This document shows, in pieces, positions 1 through 8,323 of a stretch of 32,000 nt of DNA (within the stretch, counting starts at the first letter, position 1; every line of letters starts with the position of its first letter). The position numbers and the translations under genes were made by a program. The DNA comes from Gemmata obscuriglobus (GTDB taxonomy: Bacteria > Planctomycetota > Planctomycetia > Gemmatales > Gemmataceae). Below the pieces are notes generated by a model. That model saw only the letters and a program-made list of their open reading frames with translations, was not told where the DNA came from and ran no database searches. The stretch lies in the NCBI RefSeq assembly GCF_008065095.1, contig NZ_CP042911.1:1200001-1232000 (forward strand). The letters run 5' to 3'.

Positions 1-1918
1 CGGGGCTGCGCGGGCTCAGGAACGTGAACCGCACCCCGAGTGTCCGACCGACTTGGGTCAGGTTTTCCGCGCTGGAGCCGTCGGCCGCGAACTTCCAGGT
101 GTCGTACAGGTCGGTCAGCAGCACGAACTTGCCGTCCGGGGTCCACTGCGCGCCGCCGTAAGGGGACGGCGTGCCCGGCGTGTCGTGCTCCTCATTGAAG
201 AACTTCACCTTCAGCTTCGCGGTGAGGTTCACCTTCTTCCCGTCGGGTACGGACACGGTGCTCCAGTCCTTACCGTCGAACGAGATCAGGTGCTTGCCGT
301 CCGGGGCGAGCGAGAAGTTCGCGGTGCTCGCGAGCGCGAGGGGCCGGGTCTCACCGCTGCGGACGTTGACCAGCGTGTAATCGCTCGGGACCGGCGAGGC
401 GTACCCGGTCATGTGCCGGTACTTGCGGTCGTCGCTGCCGACGGCCCAGTCGCCCACCGCGGGCATGGGCACGGTGACGTTCTCGTCCGACAGGTGGCGG
501 AACTGCTTCGAGTCGAGCAGCACGACCGCGCCGAAGGTGCGCGCGCGGTCGGCCCCCGCCCGGAGCTTCTGCATCGGCTGGATGTTCGCGTCCTTCCAGT
601 GCCAGATGTCGAGCTGGATGTCGTCCGGACCCGCGGGCGCGGCCGGCTGCGGCGGGCGCGGCGGGGCGGCCGAGAGGTACAGCTTCGTCCCGTCGGTCGA
701 GAAGGTGAGCGGCCCGCCGGACAGCGTCCAGCCCTTGCGGATGCCGGTGTTATCGGAGTTGAGGACCTCGTTCAGCGCGACCGGCGCCACCGGGTTGCTG
801 GTCACGCCGACGGTCGTGACGGCCCCGAGCCCGCCGACGGTCCCGAGCGGGACGCGGGTGAGCGGCTGCGGTTCGGTCTTGGCGTGGCGGTCCCACACGA
901 ACACGCGGTAGTGCGGCGGCGGGGGCGGGCTGGCGGCGGCGGGCGCCCCGGCCGGGCCGCCCTTCGGGCGCGGCGGCGGGGCCAGGTTCGGGGGCGCCAC
1001 CTGGCTGTCGTCGTACAGGAACGCCAGCTTCGTCTGCTTCTCGTCCCAGGTCAGGTTCGTGTACCGCCCCGGGCCGGACTTGAGCGGCGTGCCGCCGGTG
1101 CCGAACTTCGGGTTCAGCGTGTACACGCCGTTCTTCTCCTCGGCCTTCGAGGAAACGGTGTACACCAGGGTGAGGTCGTCGTTCGAGAGGCTGTACTCGG
1201 TCACGTCCGCGATGGTGCGGGTGGCCCCGCTGGACAGGTCGCGGATGAAGAGGTCGGAGCCGAACGTTTTGGTCGGACCCGCGGGCGGGCCTTCGCCCTT
1301 CGGCGGGAACGCCCCCCGCCCCTTGCCCTTGGCGGGCGGCGGCGCCGCGGCGGGCTGCTTGGCGTCGTCCTTATCCTTCGCGCCCTCGGCCGCCGTCGGC
1401 TTGCGGTAAATCAGGAACCCGAAGTCGGTGCCGCCGACCTGAAACGCGCCGACGCCGGAGATGCGCTCCTGTTCCTTACCGGTGGCGAGGGTCACGATCG
1501 CGAGCCCCGCCTTCGGGTACTCGTCGAGCTTCAGCTTATCGGCTTTCGCCTTATCGACTTGCGCCTTCGTCGGGGTGAGCGGCAGCAGCACCTGTTTGCC
1601 GTTGGGGGTGAACCGCGGGGCGGTCCCGAGGGCCGCGACCCCGCTCGCGCCGCCGCGCGGGAACCGGTGCTCCGCTCCGGTCGCGACTTCGCGCACGACC
1701 GCTTCGCCGTCCGCGCCGTCTGAGCCGACGAGGTACGCGAGGTACTTCCCGTCGGGAGACAGCGAAACGCCGCTCGCGCTCCGCCAGATGTCGTATTCGG
1801 CGTAGGTCAGCACCTTTTTGGCGGTCGGCTGGGCGGACAGTTGCCCGGCGGCGGCGAGCAACAGCCCGACCAACACAGCCGCAGCCAGGCCGCGTGAGGA
1901 CGCAAATGGGACGCGCAT
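1..1918 (-). CDS. Secreted beta-propeller protein, N-terminal part (S9 prolyl-oligopeptidase/DPP-IV-like or TolB-like). The 3' end runs off the left edge of the window.
   Basis: Absent from the supplied ORF track because there is no stop inside the window. The reverse strand is open from ATG (1918-1916) down to position 2. It begins MRVPFASSRGLAAAVLVGLLLAAAGQLSAQ (signal-peptide-like). Recurrent propeller-blade motifs follow: SPDGKYLAY, FTPNGKQVLL, FSTDGTKLYL, LAPDGKHLISF, WTPDGKFVLL. Third codon positions are G/C-biased. The listed 53..1723 (+) ORF is its Arg-rich antisense shadow. The catalytic domain, if any, lies outside the window, so the product is tentative. Confidence 0.75.
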   Translation of the reverse strand, partial: MRVPFASSRGLAAAVLVGLLLAAAGQLSAQPTAKKVLTYAEYDIWRSASGVSLSPDGKYLAYLVGSDGADGEAVVREVATGAEHRFPRGGASGVAALGTAPRFTPNGKQVLLPLTPTKAQVDKAKADKLKLDEYPKAGLAIVTLATGKEQERISGVGAFQVGGTDFGFLIYRKPTAAEGAKDKDDAKQPAAAPPPAKGKGRGAFPPKGEGPPAGPTKTFGSDLFIRDLSSGATRTIADVTEYSLSNDDLTLVYTVSSKAEEKNGVYTLNPKFGTGGTPLKSGPGRYTNLTWDEKQTKLAFLYDDSQVAPPNLAPPPRPKGGPAGAPAAASPPPPPHYRVFVWDRHAKTEPQPLTRVPLGTVGGLGAVTTVGVTSNPVAPVALNEVLNSDNTGIRKGWTLSGGPLTFSTDGTKLYLSAAPPRPPQPAAPAGPDDIQLDIWHWKDANIQPMQKLRAGADRARTFGAVVLLDSKQFRHLSDENVTVPMPAVGDWAVGSDDRKYRHMTGYASPVPSDYTLVNVRSGETRPLALASTANFSLAPDGKHLISFDGKDWSTVSVPDGKKVNLTAKLKVKFFNEEHDTPGTPSPYGGAQWTPDGKFVLLTDLYDTWKFAADGSSAENLTQVGRTLGVRFTFLSPRSP

Positions 1919-2234
1919 CGGAATAAACACCTCGGGCAGTGTGTCAATAGGGGTGAAATCAGGTGTAACCGGGAGAGGCACGCCAACGCCAGCAGTTTTT
2001 CCGGCTTCGCCTGCTCGCCCAATTTCCGGCGCCGGTTCAACCCGTACCGACCGCTTCCCGTGTCGCGGGCGTTCGTATTATGGAGGGAGGACGCGAAGCG
2101 ACCGGCCCTCGCCCCTCTCACTCAAAGGGAGGGGGGAAAGTCCCTTCGGAGCCGCGGCGCGGACCGGACACACCGGTACGGCGCCCGAACTCCCTCCCCG
2201 GAAGGGAGGAGCCGGGTGGGTTCTTGAGGAAATT

Positions 2235-3209
2235 ATGACCGACCCGGCGACCATCGAGAAGCTGCGCCCGAAGCTCGACCCGTTCTACCGAACGGTGGAG
2301 AGCGTGCTCATCGGCCAGCGCAAGCTGGTGGACGCGCTGCTCATCGGGCTGCTCACCGACGGCCACGTGCTGCTCGAGGGCGTCCCGGGGCTCGCCAAGA
2401 CGCTCGCGGTGCGGACCGTGGCGAGCGCGCTGGACCTGAAGTTCAGCCGCATCCAGTTCACCCCCGACCTGCTCCCGGCGGACGTGATCGGCACCCAGAT
2501 CTACAACCCGCGCACGGGCGAGTTCACCGTCAAGCAGGGGCCGGTGTTCGCGAACGTCGTGCTGGCCGACGAGATCAACCGCGCCCCCGCGAAGGTGCAG
2601 AGCGCGCTGCTCGAGGCGATGGCCGAGCGGCAGGTCACCATCGGCGAGAGCACGCTGCGGGTGCCGCGGCCGTTCTTCGTGCTCGCGACCCAGAACCCCA
2701 TCGAGCAGGAGGGCACGTACCCGCTGCCCGAGGCCCAGGTGGACCGGTTCATGCTGAAGGTGGTCATCGACTACCCGAGCCGGGCCGACGAGCTGGCGGT
2801 TCTGGACCGGATGGGCGGGCTGGGCGCCAGCGCCGACGTCGCCCCGGCCCTCGCCGCGGCGGACCTGGAGGAGTTGCGGCAGGCGGCGGACTCGGTATAC
2901 GTCGACCCGAAGGTGAAGGGGTACCTGCTCGACGTGATCCGCGCGACCCGCAAGCCGGCGGATTACGGCCTCGACATGGCCGGGCTCATCCAGCTCGGGG
3001 CCAGCACGCGGGCCGCCATCTCGCTGCTCCGGGCGGCGAAGGCGCACGCGTTCCTGGTGGGCCGCGGGTACGTCACCCCCGAGGACGTGAAGATGGTCAC
3101 GCCGGACGTGCTGCGGCACCGGCTGGTGATCTCGTTCGAGGCGGAGGCCGAGGACCTGCGGCCCGAAGCGCTCGTGAAGCAGGTGCTGGACCGGTTGCCG
3201 GTGCCGTAG
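2235..3209 (+). CDS. MoxR-family AAA+ ATPase
   Basis: ATG at 2235 lies in frame inside track ORF 1818..3209, whose upstream part looks non-coding. Walker A is LLEGVPGLAKT. Walker B region is VVLADEINRAPAKVQSALLEAM. ATQNPIEQEGTYPLPEAQVDRF is the classic MoxR/AAA_3 pattern. Confidence 0.93.
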   Translation: MTDPATIEKLRPKLDPFYRTVESVLIGQRKLVDALLIGLLTDGHVLLEGVPGLAKTLAVRTVASALDLKFSRIQFTPDLLPADVIGTQIYNPRTGEFTVKQGPVFANVVLADEINRAPAKVQSALLEAMAERQVTIGESTLRVPRPFFVLATQNPIEQEGTYPLPEAQVDRFMLKVVIDYPSRADELAVLDRMGGLGASADVAPALAAADLEELRQAADSVYVDPKVKGYLLDVIRATRKPADYGLDMAGLIQLGASTRAAISLLRAAKAHAFLVGRGYVTPEDVKMVTPDVLRHRLVISFEAEAEDLRPEALVKQVLDRLPVP

Positions 3210-3251
3210 CCGGCGCGGCGCCCCGGCCGAGCGGGGGCGGGTTCGGTGGTG

Positions 3252-3273
3252 CCCGCGCCCACCCGGGCGCGGG
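3252..3273 (+). terminator. Candidate stem-loop after the MoxR-like gene
   Basis: CCCGCGCCC (3252-3260), loop ACCC, GGGCGCGGG (3265-3273): a 9-bp perfect G/C stem 43 nt after the stop at 3209. There is no U-tract, so this is only a candidate. Confidence 0.25.
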
Positions 3274-3298
3274 AGAAGTGCGCCTTCAGGGAACGCTA

Positions 3299-4618
3299 AT
3301 GAAGCAGGTGCTGTTCGAGATCGCCGGCATCCCGATGTACGGGTTCGGGGCGATGCTGTTCGTGTGCTTCGTCGCGGTCACCGTTTGGGGATCGCGGCGG
3401 GCCAAGCGCACCGCCGACATGCCGCCCGAGCGGTTCCAGGACATGGTGATCTGGCTGTTCGTGGCCGGCATCCTGGGGGCGCGCACGCTGTACATGATCC
3501 AGTACTCGCACCACTTCCCGGACCACAGCCCGCTGGGGCTCGTGAAGGCGTTCTTCAAGATCTGGGAGGGCGGGATCATCTTCTACGGCTCCGCGCTGGG
3601 CGGGGTCATCGGGTACGCGCTCTTCTACCAGTTCGTGCTCCGCAAGCTGCACGTGTCCGGGTGGCGGCTCGCGGACGCGGTCGCGCCGCTGCTGGCGCTG
3701 GGGCTGGCGGTGGGGCGCATCGGGTGCTACCTGAACGGGTGCTGCTGGGGCCAGGTGGCGTGCGAGGAGTGCCGCCCGGTGCCGCTCGGCGCCGCCCACT
3801 TCCCGCTCTTGCCGGCCCACGCCCGCCAGCTGCTCGTCCGCGAGCAGCTGCTCCAAACCACCACCGGGTTCACGCTCGCGCCGCGCGCCCTCGGGCTGAA
3901 CGACGACCCGCGGGCGGTCGTGGCGCGGGTGGAGGCGGGCTCGGCGGCCGACAAGGCCGGGGTGAAGCCCGGCGACCGCGTCACCGGCGTGAACGACGAG
4001 CCGAACTACATCGTGCTCGACCTGAGCGGCGACGACGACAAGGTGCGGGCGTACGCGGAGGCGCTGCGCGACAAGGGCGGCCAGCTCGCCACCACCCCGG
4101 ACGGCAAGTCGCGGGTGCGGTTCTCGGAGTACGACACCTACGTGAGCGCCCGCCGCCTCGTGCCCGAGCCCGCGGACGTGACCCCGTTCGTTCGCGACAA
4201 CCTCGAACTCCTCGTGGCCGAGTGGCCCCGCGGGAAGTCGGAACTCACCCTCACCGTGGACCGGGGGGCCGAGCGGCAAACGCTGCCGACGTTCGCGCCG
4301 GCGACGATCGGGCTGTACCCGACGCAGCTCTACGAGACGGTGAGCATGGTGCTGCTCATCCTCCTGCTGCTCGCGTACTACCCGTACCGGCGGCACGACG
4401 GGCAACTGATGGTGCTGCTGATGCTGGGCTACGCGGTCCACCGGTTCATCAACGAGTCGCTGCGGATCGAGCCGAACGTCGGCAGCGGGCTGACGCTCTC
4501 GCAGTGGGGCAGCGTGGTGATCGGCGGCGCCGCCGTCCTGATCGAGGTCTACCTGCGGCTCACGATGCCGTCGCCGCCGGAGCCGCTGACCCTGGTGAAC
4601 GCCCCGGACCGCCGGTAA
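3299..4618 (+). CDS. lgt: Prolipoprotein diacylglyceryl transferase (Lgt) with an enlarged, PDZ-like periplasmic insertion
   Basis: Lgt signature GRIGCYLNGCCWG and the downstream YPTQLYE motif, flanked by multiple hydrophobic helices. About 170 aa separate the two motifs and include VARVEAGSAADKAGVKPGDRVTGVN (a PDZ-type carboxylate-binding/GD segment). Start is ATG 3299; the in-frame GTG at 3278 is an alternative. Confidence 0.9.
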   Translation: MKQVLFEIAGIPMYGFGAMLFVCFVAVTVWGSRRAKRTADMPPERFQDMVIWLFVAGILGARTLYMIQYSHHFPDHSPLGLVKAFFKIWEGGIIFYGSALGGVIGYALFYQFVLRKLHVSGWRLADAVAPLLALGLAVGRIGCYLNGCCWGQVACEECRPVPLGAAHFPLLPAHARQLLVREQLLQTTTGFTLAPRALGLNDDPRAVVARVEAGSAADKAGVKPGDRVTGVNDEPNYIVLDLSGDDDKVRAYAEALRDKGGQLATTPDGKSRVRFSEYDTYVSARRLVPEPADVTPFVRDNLELLVAEWPRGKSELTLTVDRGAERQTLPTFAPATIGLYPTQLYETVSMVLLILLLLAYYPYRRHDGQLMVLLMLGYAVHRFINESLRIEPNVGSGLTLSQWGSVVIGGAAVLIEVYLRLTMPSPPEPLTLVNAPDRR

Positions 4619-4653
4619 CAGGTTTGCCGCCCCGCTCATCGAGAAGCGACCGT

Positions 4654-5217
4654 ATGGCGAAAGTGTCTTTCCGAACCGCGCTGTTCGTGTGCGCCGACGG
4701 CGCGCGGGCCGGGGCCGCGGTCGCGGCCTTCGACGCGGCGGCCGCCCGCCTCGGGATGCCGTGGCGCGGGGCCGCGACCCCGCCCCCCGCCCTCGCCGGC
4801 GTCGAGGTGGTCGTGCCGCTCGACGGCGCCGCTCCCGACGGCTGGACGGGCCGCGTCGAGAAGTGGAACGGCGCGCTCGCGCCGGACGCCGCGGCGGCGG
4901 GCCTGATCGCGCGGCTCCTGGGCGGAACCGACCAGGAGCCGAAGCCGAAGCCCGCCCCCCCGCCGCCGCCGAAGAAGGTTCACACGGTGAAGCTGAGCCG
5001 CGAGACGGCCGGCCGGAAGGGCAAGGGCGTGACGGTGGTGTCCGAACTGCCGCTGACCGAGGACGCGCTGAAGGAGCTGGCGACGAAGCTGAAGAACGCG
5101 TGCGGCACCGGCGGCACCGCGAAGGACGGGCGCATCGAGATCCAGGGCGACCACCGCGACAAGCTGCAACAGGAGCTGGAAAAGCTCGGGTACAAGGTGA
5201 AACGCGCCGGCGGATAA
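4654..5217 (+). CDS. yciH: SUI1/eIF1-family translation initiation factor (YciH-like) with a ~105-aa N-terminal extension
   Basis: The C-terminal ~80 aa, KLSRETAGRKGKGVTVVSELPLTEDALKELATKLKNACGTGGTAKDGRIEIQGDHRDKLQQELEKLGYKVKRAGG, are a clear SUI1 domain. ATG 4654 is in frame with track ORF 3364..5217, whose upstream part is the off-frame shadow of lgt. The N-terminal part is Ala-rich and is followed by a linker, KPKPKPAPPPPPKK. Confidence 0.85.
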   Translation: MAKVSFRTALFVCADGARAGAAVAAFDAAAARLGMPWRGAATPPPALAGVEVVVPLDGAAPDGWTGRVEKWNGALAPDAAAAGLIARLLGGTDQEPKPKPAPPPPPKKVHTVKLSRETAGRKGKGVTVVSELPLTEDALKELATKLKNACGTGGTAKDGRIEIQGDHRDKLQQELEKLGYKVKRAGG

Positions 5218-5220
5218 AAC

Positions 5221-5580
5221 AGGAAGAATGTTAGCCACAAAAACGCACAAAGGGCACAAAAGAAAACCGAAGAAGAAAAGGCAGCTTGGCCACAAAAACG
5301 CACAAAGGGCACAAAAGAAAACCGAAGAAGAAAAGGCAGCTTGGCCACAAAAACGCACAAAGGGCACAAAAGAAAACCGAAGAAGAAAACAACAGAGTGT
5401 GTTTAAAACACTGCTCTGGTTTTGCTCTTCGGTTTCCTTTTGTGCCCTTTGTGCGTTTTTGTGGCCAACACTCTTCTTTGCCTTCGTCTGTGGTTTCCTT
5501 TTGTGCCCTTTGTGCGTTTTTGTGGCTAACACTCTTCGGCCTTCTGCTTCCTTTTGCGGCCGTAGCTCTTCATTCTTCCT
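5221..5580. repeat. Family A composite palindrome: three 55-bp tandem units facing two to three inverted units
   Basis: Direct units lie at 5231-5285, 5286-5340 and 5341-5395: TT(A/G)GCCACAAAAACGCACAAAGGGCACAAAAGAAAACCGAAGAAGAAAAGGCAGC, with one difference between units 1 and 2. The centre is near TTTAAA at 5402-5407. Inverted units lie at 5427-5469 and 5492-5529, with a degenerate one at 5530-5580. The outer ends AGGAAGAATG (5221-5230) and CATTCTTCCT (5571-5580) are exact reverse complements. The element lies between convergent genes. Confidence 0.9.
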
Positions 5581-6037
5581 TCGTGGCCAACTCGAACAAG
5601 TGCCGGGCGGCGCGGCCGCTGATCTCGCCGTGCTTCAGCAGTTCCGCCACGATCAGCTCCACCGCCTTCCAGTTCCCGTCGTCCGCGAGCATGTACTCGA
5701 CCTTGTCGAGCATCCGCTGCTCGTACCGCTCCACCTGCCGGTCCGACTTCCGCTCCAGGGCGAGCCGCCGCACGAACCGCAGATCCTGCGCGGCCGCGTC
5801 CATCTCGTAGGTGCCCGTGCGGCGGGCCTCCGCGGCCAGGCCGCCGAGCGCGATGAGGATCTCGCGCTCCACCCAGTCGTCGGTGGGCCTGGCCGCGCCC
5901 TTCGTGAAGCGCACCTCGCCCAGCCGCTCGCGGTTGGGGAGCACGGTCACCTTGTGGATGGTCCGGCCCAGCGCCAGCGCGATCACCGCGTGCCCGGCCT
6001 CGTGGTAGGCGGTCACTTCGTCGTGCGTCGGTTCCAT
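5570..6037 (-). CDS. Stand-alone FtsH-like (M41) zinc metalloprotease domain protein, with no AAA or TM part
   Basis: Motifs are AYHEAGHAVIALALG (HEXXH), KVTVLPNRERLGEV, ALGGLAAEA and AAQDLRFVRRLA, in the order seen in the FtsH protease domain. ATG at 6037; the upstream in-frame ATG at 6091 is an alternative. The last codons and stop overlap the end of the family A palindrome. Confidence 0.7.
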   Translation of the reverse strand: MEPTHDEVTAYHEAGHAVIALALGRTIHKVTVLPNRERLGEVRFTKGAARPTDDWVEREILIALGGLAAEARRTGTYEMDAAAQDLRFVRRLALERKSDRQVERYEQRMLDKVEYMLADDGNWKAVELIVAELLKHGEISGRAARHLFELATKEE

Positions 6038-6168
6038 GAGCACCACTTTATCCCGACCGGCCGCGTGACGGAAGTTGGGCGCGACACCCATTGACGCGCC
6101 GGCCGCGGTCGCGAGAATTGGCGTGCCGCCCGTGCGGCCCCCGCCCCGATCCCTCTCAGGTGCAGTTC

Positions 6169-7197
6169 ATGCTACGCTCGCTCCTCGCCGGCCTGCTCGC
6201 CACGGGCCTCGTCGTTACGGCCGGCTCTCCGGACTCGACGGCTCAGGACAAGAAGGACCCGCCCAAGAAGAAGACCCGCATCGCCATCAACGAGCCGAAA
6301 GAGGCGGTGAAAGACCCCGACTTCGCCGTCCAGGGCGAGTATGAGGGGACGATCCCCAACGGCGGCGGCGTTGGCGTCCAGGTGATCGCGAAAGGCGACG
6401 GGGCGTTCGCTGTCAAGATGTTTGTGGGCGGGTTGCCCGGGGCGGGTTGGGACGGCAAGTCCGTTCTCGCCGGCACCGCCGAAACGAAGAACGGTAAGAC
6501 GGTCGCGACCCTGAAAACCGGCGACAAGACGGTGACGGCCGTCATCGGCGAGGGCACGTTCGCCGTTGACGGAAGCGGGAGCAGTGGCGTGCTCAAGAAG
6601 GTGGAGCGCAAGTCGAAGACGCTGGGCGAGAAGGCGCCGGCCGGGGCCGTCGTGCTGTTCGGCGGCGAGGGCGACGAGAAGAACTGGAACGGCGGGAAGC
6701 TGGTCACGCTCTCGGACGGCAAGTTCCTCGACGTGGGCGTAACGAGCAAGCAGAAGTTCGGCGCGTTCAAGGCGCACGTCGAGTTCCGGCTGCCGTGGAT
6801 GCCGAACAGCACCGGCCAGGGCCGCGGGAACAGCGGGGTGTACTTCCAGAACCGGTACGAGTGCCAGGTGCTCGACAGCTTCGGGCTCGCGGGCGAGAAC
6901 AACGAGTGCGGCGGCATCTACACGCAGCACAAGCCGCTGGTGAACATGTGCCTGCCGCCGCTGGTATGGCAGACCTACGACATCGAGTTCACCCCGGCCG
7001 TGTTCGGCGACGGGAAGAAGACCAAGAACGGCCGCGCCACCGTGTACCACAACGGGGTGAAGATCCACGACGACATCGAGTTCCCGAAGGAGTGCCCGGG
7101 CGGCCAGAAGGAAACGGCCGAGCCGGGGCCGTTCCAGTTCCAGAACCACGGCGACCCGGTCGTGTTCCGCAACGTGTGGGTGGTCGAGGTGAAGTGA
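6169..7197 (+). CDS. Secreted DUF1080 (3-keto-disaccharide hydrolase-like, concanavalin-type) domain protein
   Basis: Start is ATG 6169 (MLRSLLAGLLATGLVVTAGSPDSTAQ, signal-like). The C-terminal half, FKAHVEFRLP...GNSGVYFQNRYECQVLDSFG...ECGGIYTQHKP...WQTYDIEF...ATVYHNGVKIHDD...GPFQFQNHGDPVVFRNVWV, matches the DUF1080 pattern. Confidence 0.85.
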   Translation: MLRSLLAGLLATGLVVTAGSPDSTAQDKKDPPKKKTRIAINEPKEAVKDPDFAVQGEYEGTIPNGGGVGVQVIAKGDGAFAVKMFVGGLPGAGWDGKSVLAGTAETKNGKTVATLKTGDKTVTAVIGEGTFAVDGSGSSGVLKKVERKSKTLGEKAPAGAVVLFGGEGDEKNWNGGKLVTLSDGKFLDVGVTSKQKFGAFKAHVEFRLPWMPNSTGQGRGNSGVYFQNRYECQVLDSFGLAGENNECGGIYTQHKPLVNMCLPPLVWQTYDIEFTPAVFGDGKKTKNGRATVYHNGVKIHDDIEFPKECPGGQKETAEPGPFQFQNHGDPVVFRNVWVVEVK

Positions 7198-7245
7198 CCC
7201 CGGCGGGGCCGTGCCCCGTTGGGTGGCTGTTGGTTTGAAGCGTGG

Positions 7246-7266
7246 CCCGCTCGCGGAGCGAGCGGG
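7246..7266 (+). terminator. Candidate stem-loop after the DUF1080 gene
   Basis: CCCGCTCGC (7246-7254), loop GGA, GCGAGCGGG (7258-7266). It lies 49 nt after the stop and has no U-tract. Confidence 0.25.
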
Positions 7267-7348
7267 TGCGCAGCCGTGTCAGATGCCTCGGTTGCGTTAT
7301 CCGGCCCATGAGGTACTGGGGGCACTACCCAGGCTGGGTGCGAAGTCA

Positions 7349-7432
7349 CTCGTTCACGGCAGGTTCGGTCGCGTCTGTTTCTTGTTGCACAGACATTTCC
7401 ATGATGCCATAACGTGAACGCGGCGCTGGTGC
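7349..7432. repeat. Family B element, truncated or deleted derivative (B3)
   Basis: 7372-7400 CGTCTGTTTCTTGTTGCACAGACATTTCC matches the outer half of B1/B2 (TGTCTGTTTCTTGTGGCACAGACATTCC) with a few mismatches. Terminal CGTTCACG (about 7351) pairs with CGTGAACG (about 7423), as in the flanks of full copies. The inner arm is missing. Confidence 0.55.
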
Positions 7433-7489
7433 CGGCTGCCGACAACGGGTAGCCGCCTGCGGCCGATTCAGCCGGGCCAGGAGAAGGCC

Positions 7490-8323
7490 GTGAAACGATT
7501 CGGATTTACGCTGATCGAGGCGCTGGTGGTGATCGCCATCCTCGCCGTACTGATTGGGCTCCTCCTTCCCGCCGTCCAAAAAGTCCGGGCCGCCGCAACC
7601 CGCCACAAGAGCGTTAACAACCTGCGGCAAATCGCTCTGGGCCTGCACAACGCCGCGTCCGATCACGACTCCCGGCTGCCCTCCTTGCGCCCGACGGCCG
7701 GGAGCGTTAACCCGTTGTCTGATTCGATCTTCGACTTTCTGCTCCCCTACGTCGAGCAGAACAACTTGTACGCCAACCGGTCGGCGCTACCGTTCGCTTA
7801 CGCGTGCAGAATCTACCAGAGCCCGGCGGACCCGACCCTGGCGGACGAGGGCTACCGCACGGTTACGGTGACGAGCTACCCGGTTAACGCCTGGGTGTTC
7901 GACGGGATGCCGTCGCTCAAGTCCTCGATCCCCGATGGGACCTCCTCAACCGTGATGATCGGCGAACGGTACGGCGTCTGTGGGTCCACGTTGATCATGT
8001 ACACGGAAACGGACGCCCACGCGTTCACGCACCGCGCGTCCATCGCGGACGGCGGCCCCGTTGGAGGGGGCCATAACCTCGGGGACGTTTATCCGATCAC
8101 CCGCGGGTCGCCCCCGGAGACAGTCGGAAGTGAGCCCCTGTGGACATTCCAGGCGGCGCCGCGCCCGGGGTATTGCGATCCCGCGCTGGCTCAGACGCCG
8201 CACCACAGCGGGATGCTCGCCACGATGGCGGACGGGAGCGTCCGAACGATCTCCCCGAGCGTTTCGCCGACGGCTTACTGGGCGATGGTTACTCCGGCCG
8301 GCGGCGAGGTTGTAGCCGAGTAA
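7490..8323 (+). CDS. DUF1559 protein with a prepilin-type N-terminal cleavage/methylation domain
   Basis: GTG start at 7490 is preceded by GGAGAAGG. The N-terminus is [36 protein letters not shown]. The C-terminus is [38 protein letters not shown]. This is the canonical planctomycete DUF1559 architecture. Confidence 0.9.
   Translation: MKRFGFTLIEALVVIAILAVLIGLLLPAVQKVRAAATRHKSVNNLRQIALGLHNAASDHDSRLPSLRPTAGSVNPLSDSIFDFLLPYVEQNNLYANRSALPFAYACRIYQSPADPTLADEGYRTVTVTSYPVNAWVFDGMPSLKSSIPDGTSSTVMIGERYGVCGSTLIMYTETDAHAFTHRASIADGGPVGGGHNLGDVYPITRGSPPETVGSEPLWTFQAAPRPGYCDPALAQTPHHSGMLATMADGSVRTISPSVSPTAYWAMVTPAGGEVVAE

Noticed and set aside
53-1723. 556-aa plus-strand ORF and nested ORFs (171..380, 411..911, 1059..1409, 1461..1805)
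   Set aside because: It is extremely Arg/Gly/Val-rich with no recognisable motifs. It lies antisense to a convincing signal-peptide plus beta-propeller reading frame on the minus strand, so it is a typical high-GC shadow ORF.
1919-2234. Small G-rich or C-rich complementary runs (CCCCTC..GAGGGG, CTCCC..GGGAG) upstream of the MoxR-like gene as members of the hairpin families
   Set aside because: The stems are only 5-6 bp and there is no extended similarity to families A-E, so this is insufficient to call a repeat element.
2235-3209. MoxR ATPase lacking the usual DUF58/VWA partner genes downstream
   Set aside because: The next gene is lgt. Orphan MoxR genes do occur, and the partners may be elsewhere. 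Absence within one window is not evidence of novelty.
3364-4653. Upstream 430 codons of the 617-aa track ORF 3364..5217, and the 447-aa antisense ORF 3296..4639
   Set aside because: These are off-frame or antisense to the well-supported lgt gene. The translation is Arg/Ala/Pro/Gly low-complexity. Only the last 187 codons (from ATG 4654) encode a recognisable SUI1 protein.
5231-5395. Possible CRISPR array (three 55-bp direct repeats)
   Set aside because: The units are directly abutting with no unique spacers, they are mirrored by inverted copies, and there are no cas genes. This is a tandem or palindromic repeat, not CRISPR.
4636-6094. ORFs through the family A palindrome (4636..5532 -, 4980..5369 -, 5228..6094 +, 5286..5810 +) beginning MLATKTHKGHKRKP...
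   Set aside because: Both strands give the same Lys-rich then Phe/Cys-rich peptide simply because the DNA is a palindrome. The ORFs also run antisense into real genes. The same applies to 27856..28770 (-) and 28527..29075 (+) at the second family A locus.
7481-7495. 15-nt identity GAGAAGGCCGTGAAA shared with 24328-24342 at the edge of element C
   Set aside because: A single 15-mer match between two sites is within chance expectation for a 32-kb window searched on both strands. Here it overlaps the RBS and start of the DUF1559 gene, and there is no extended similarity.
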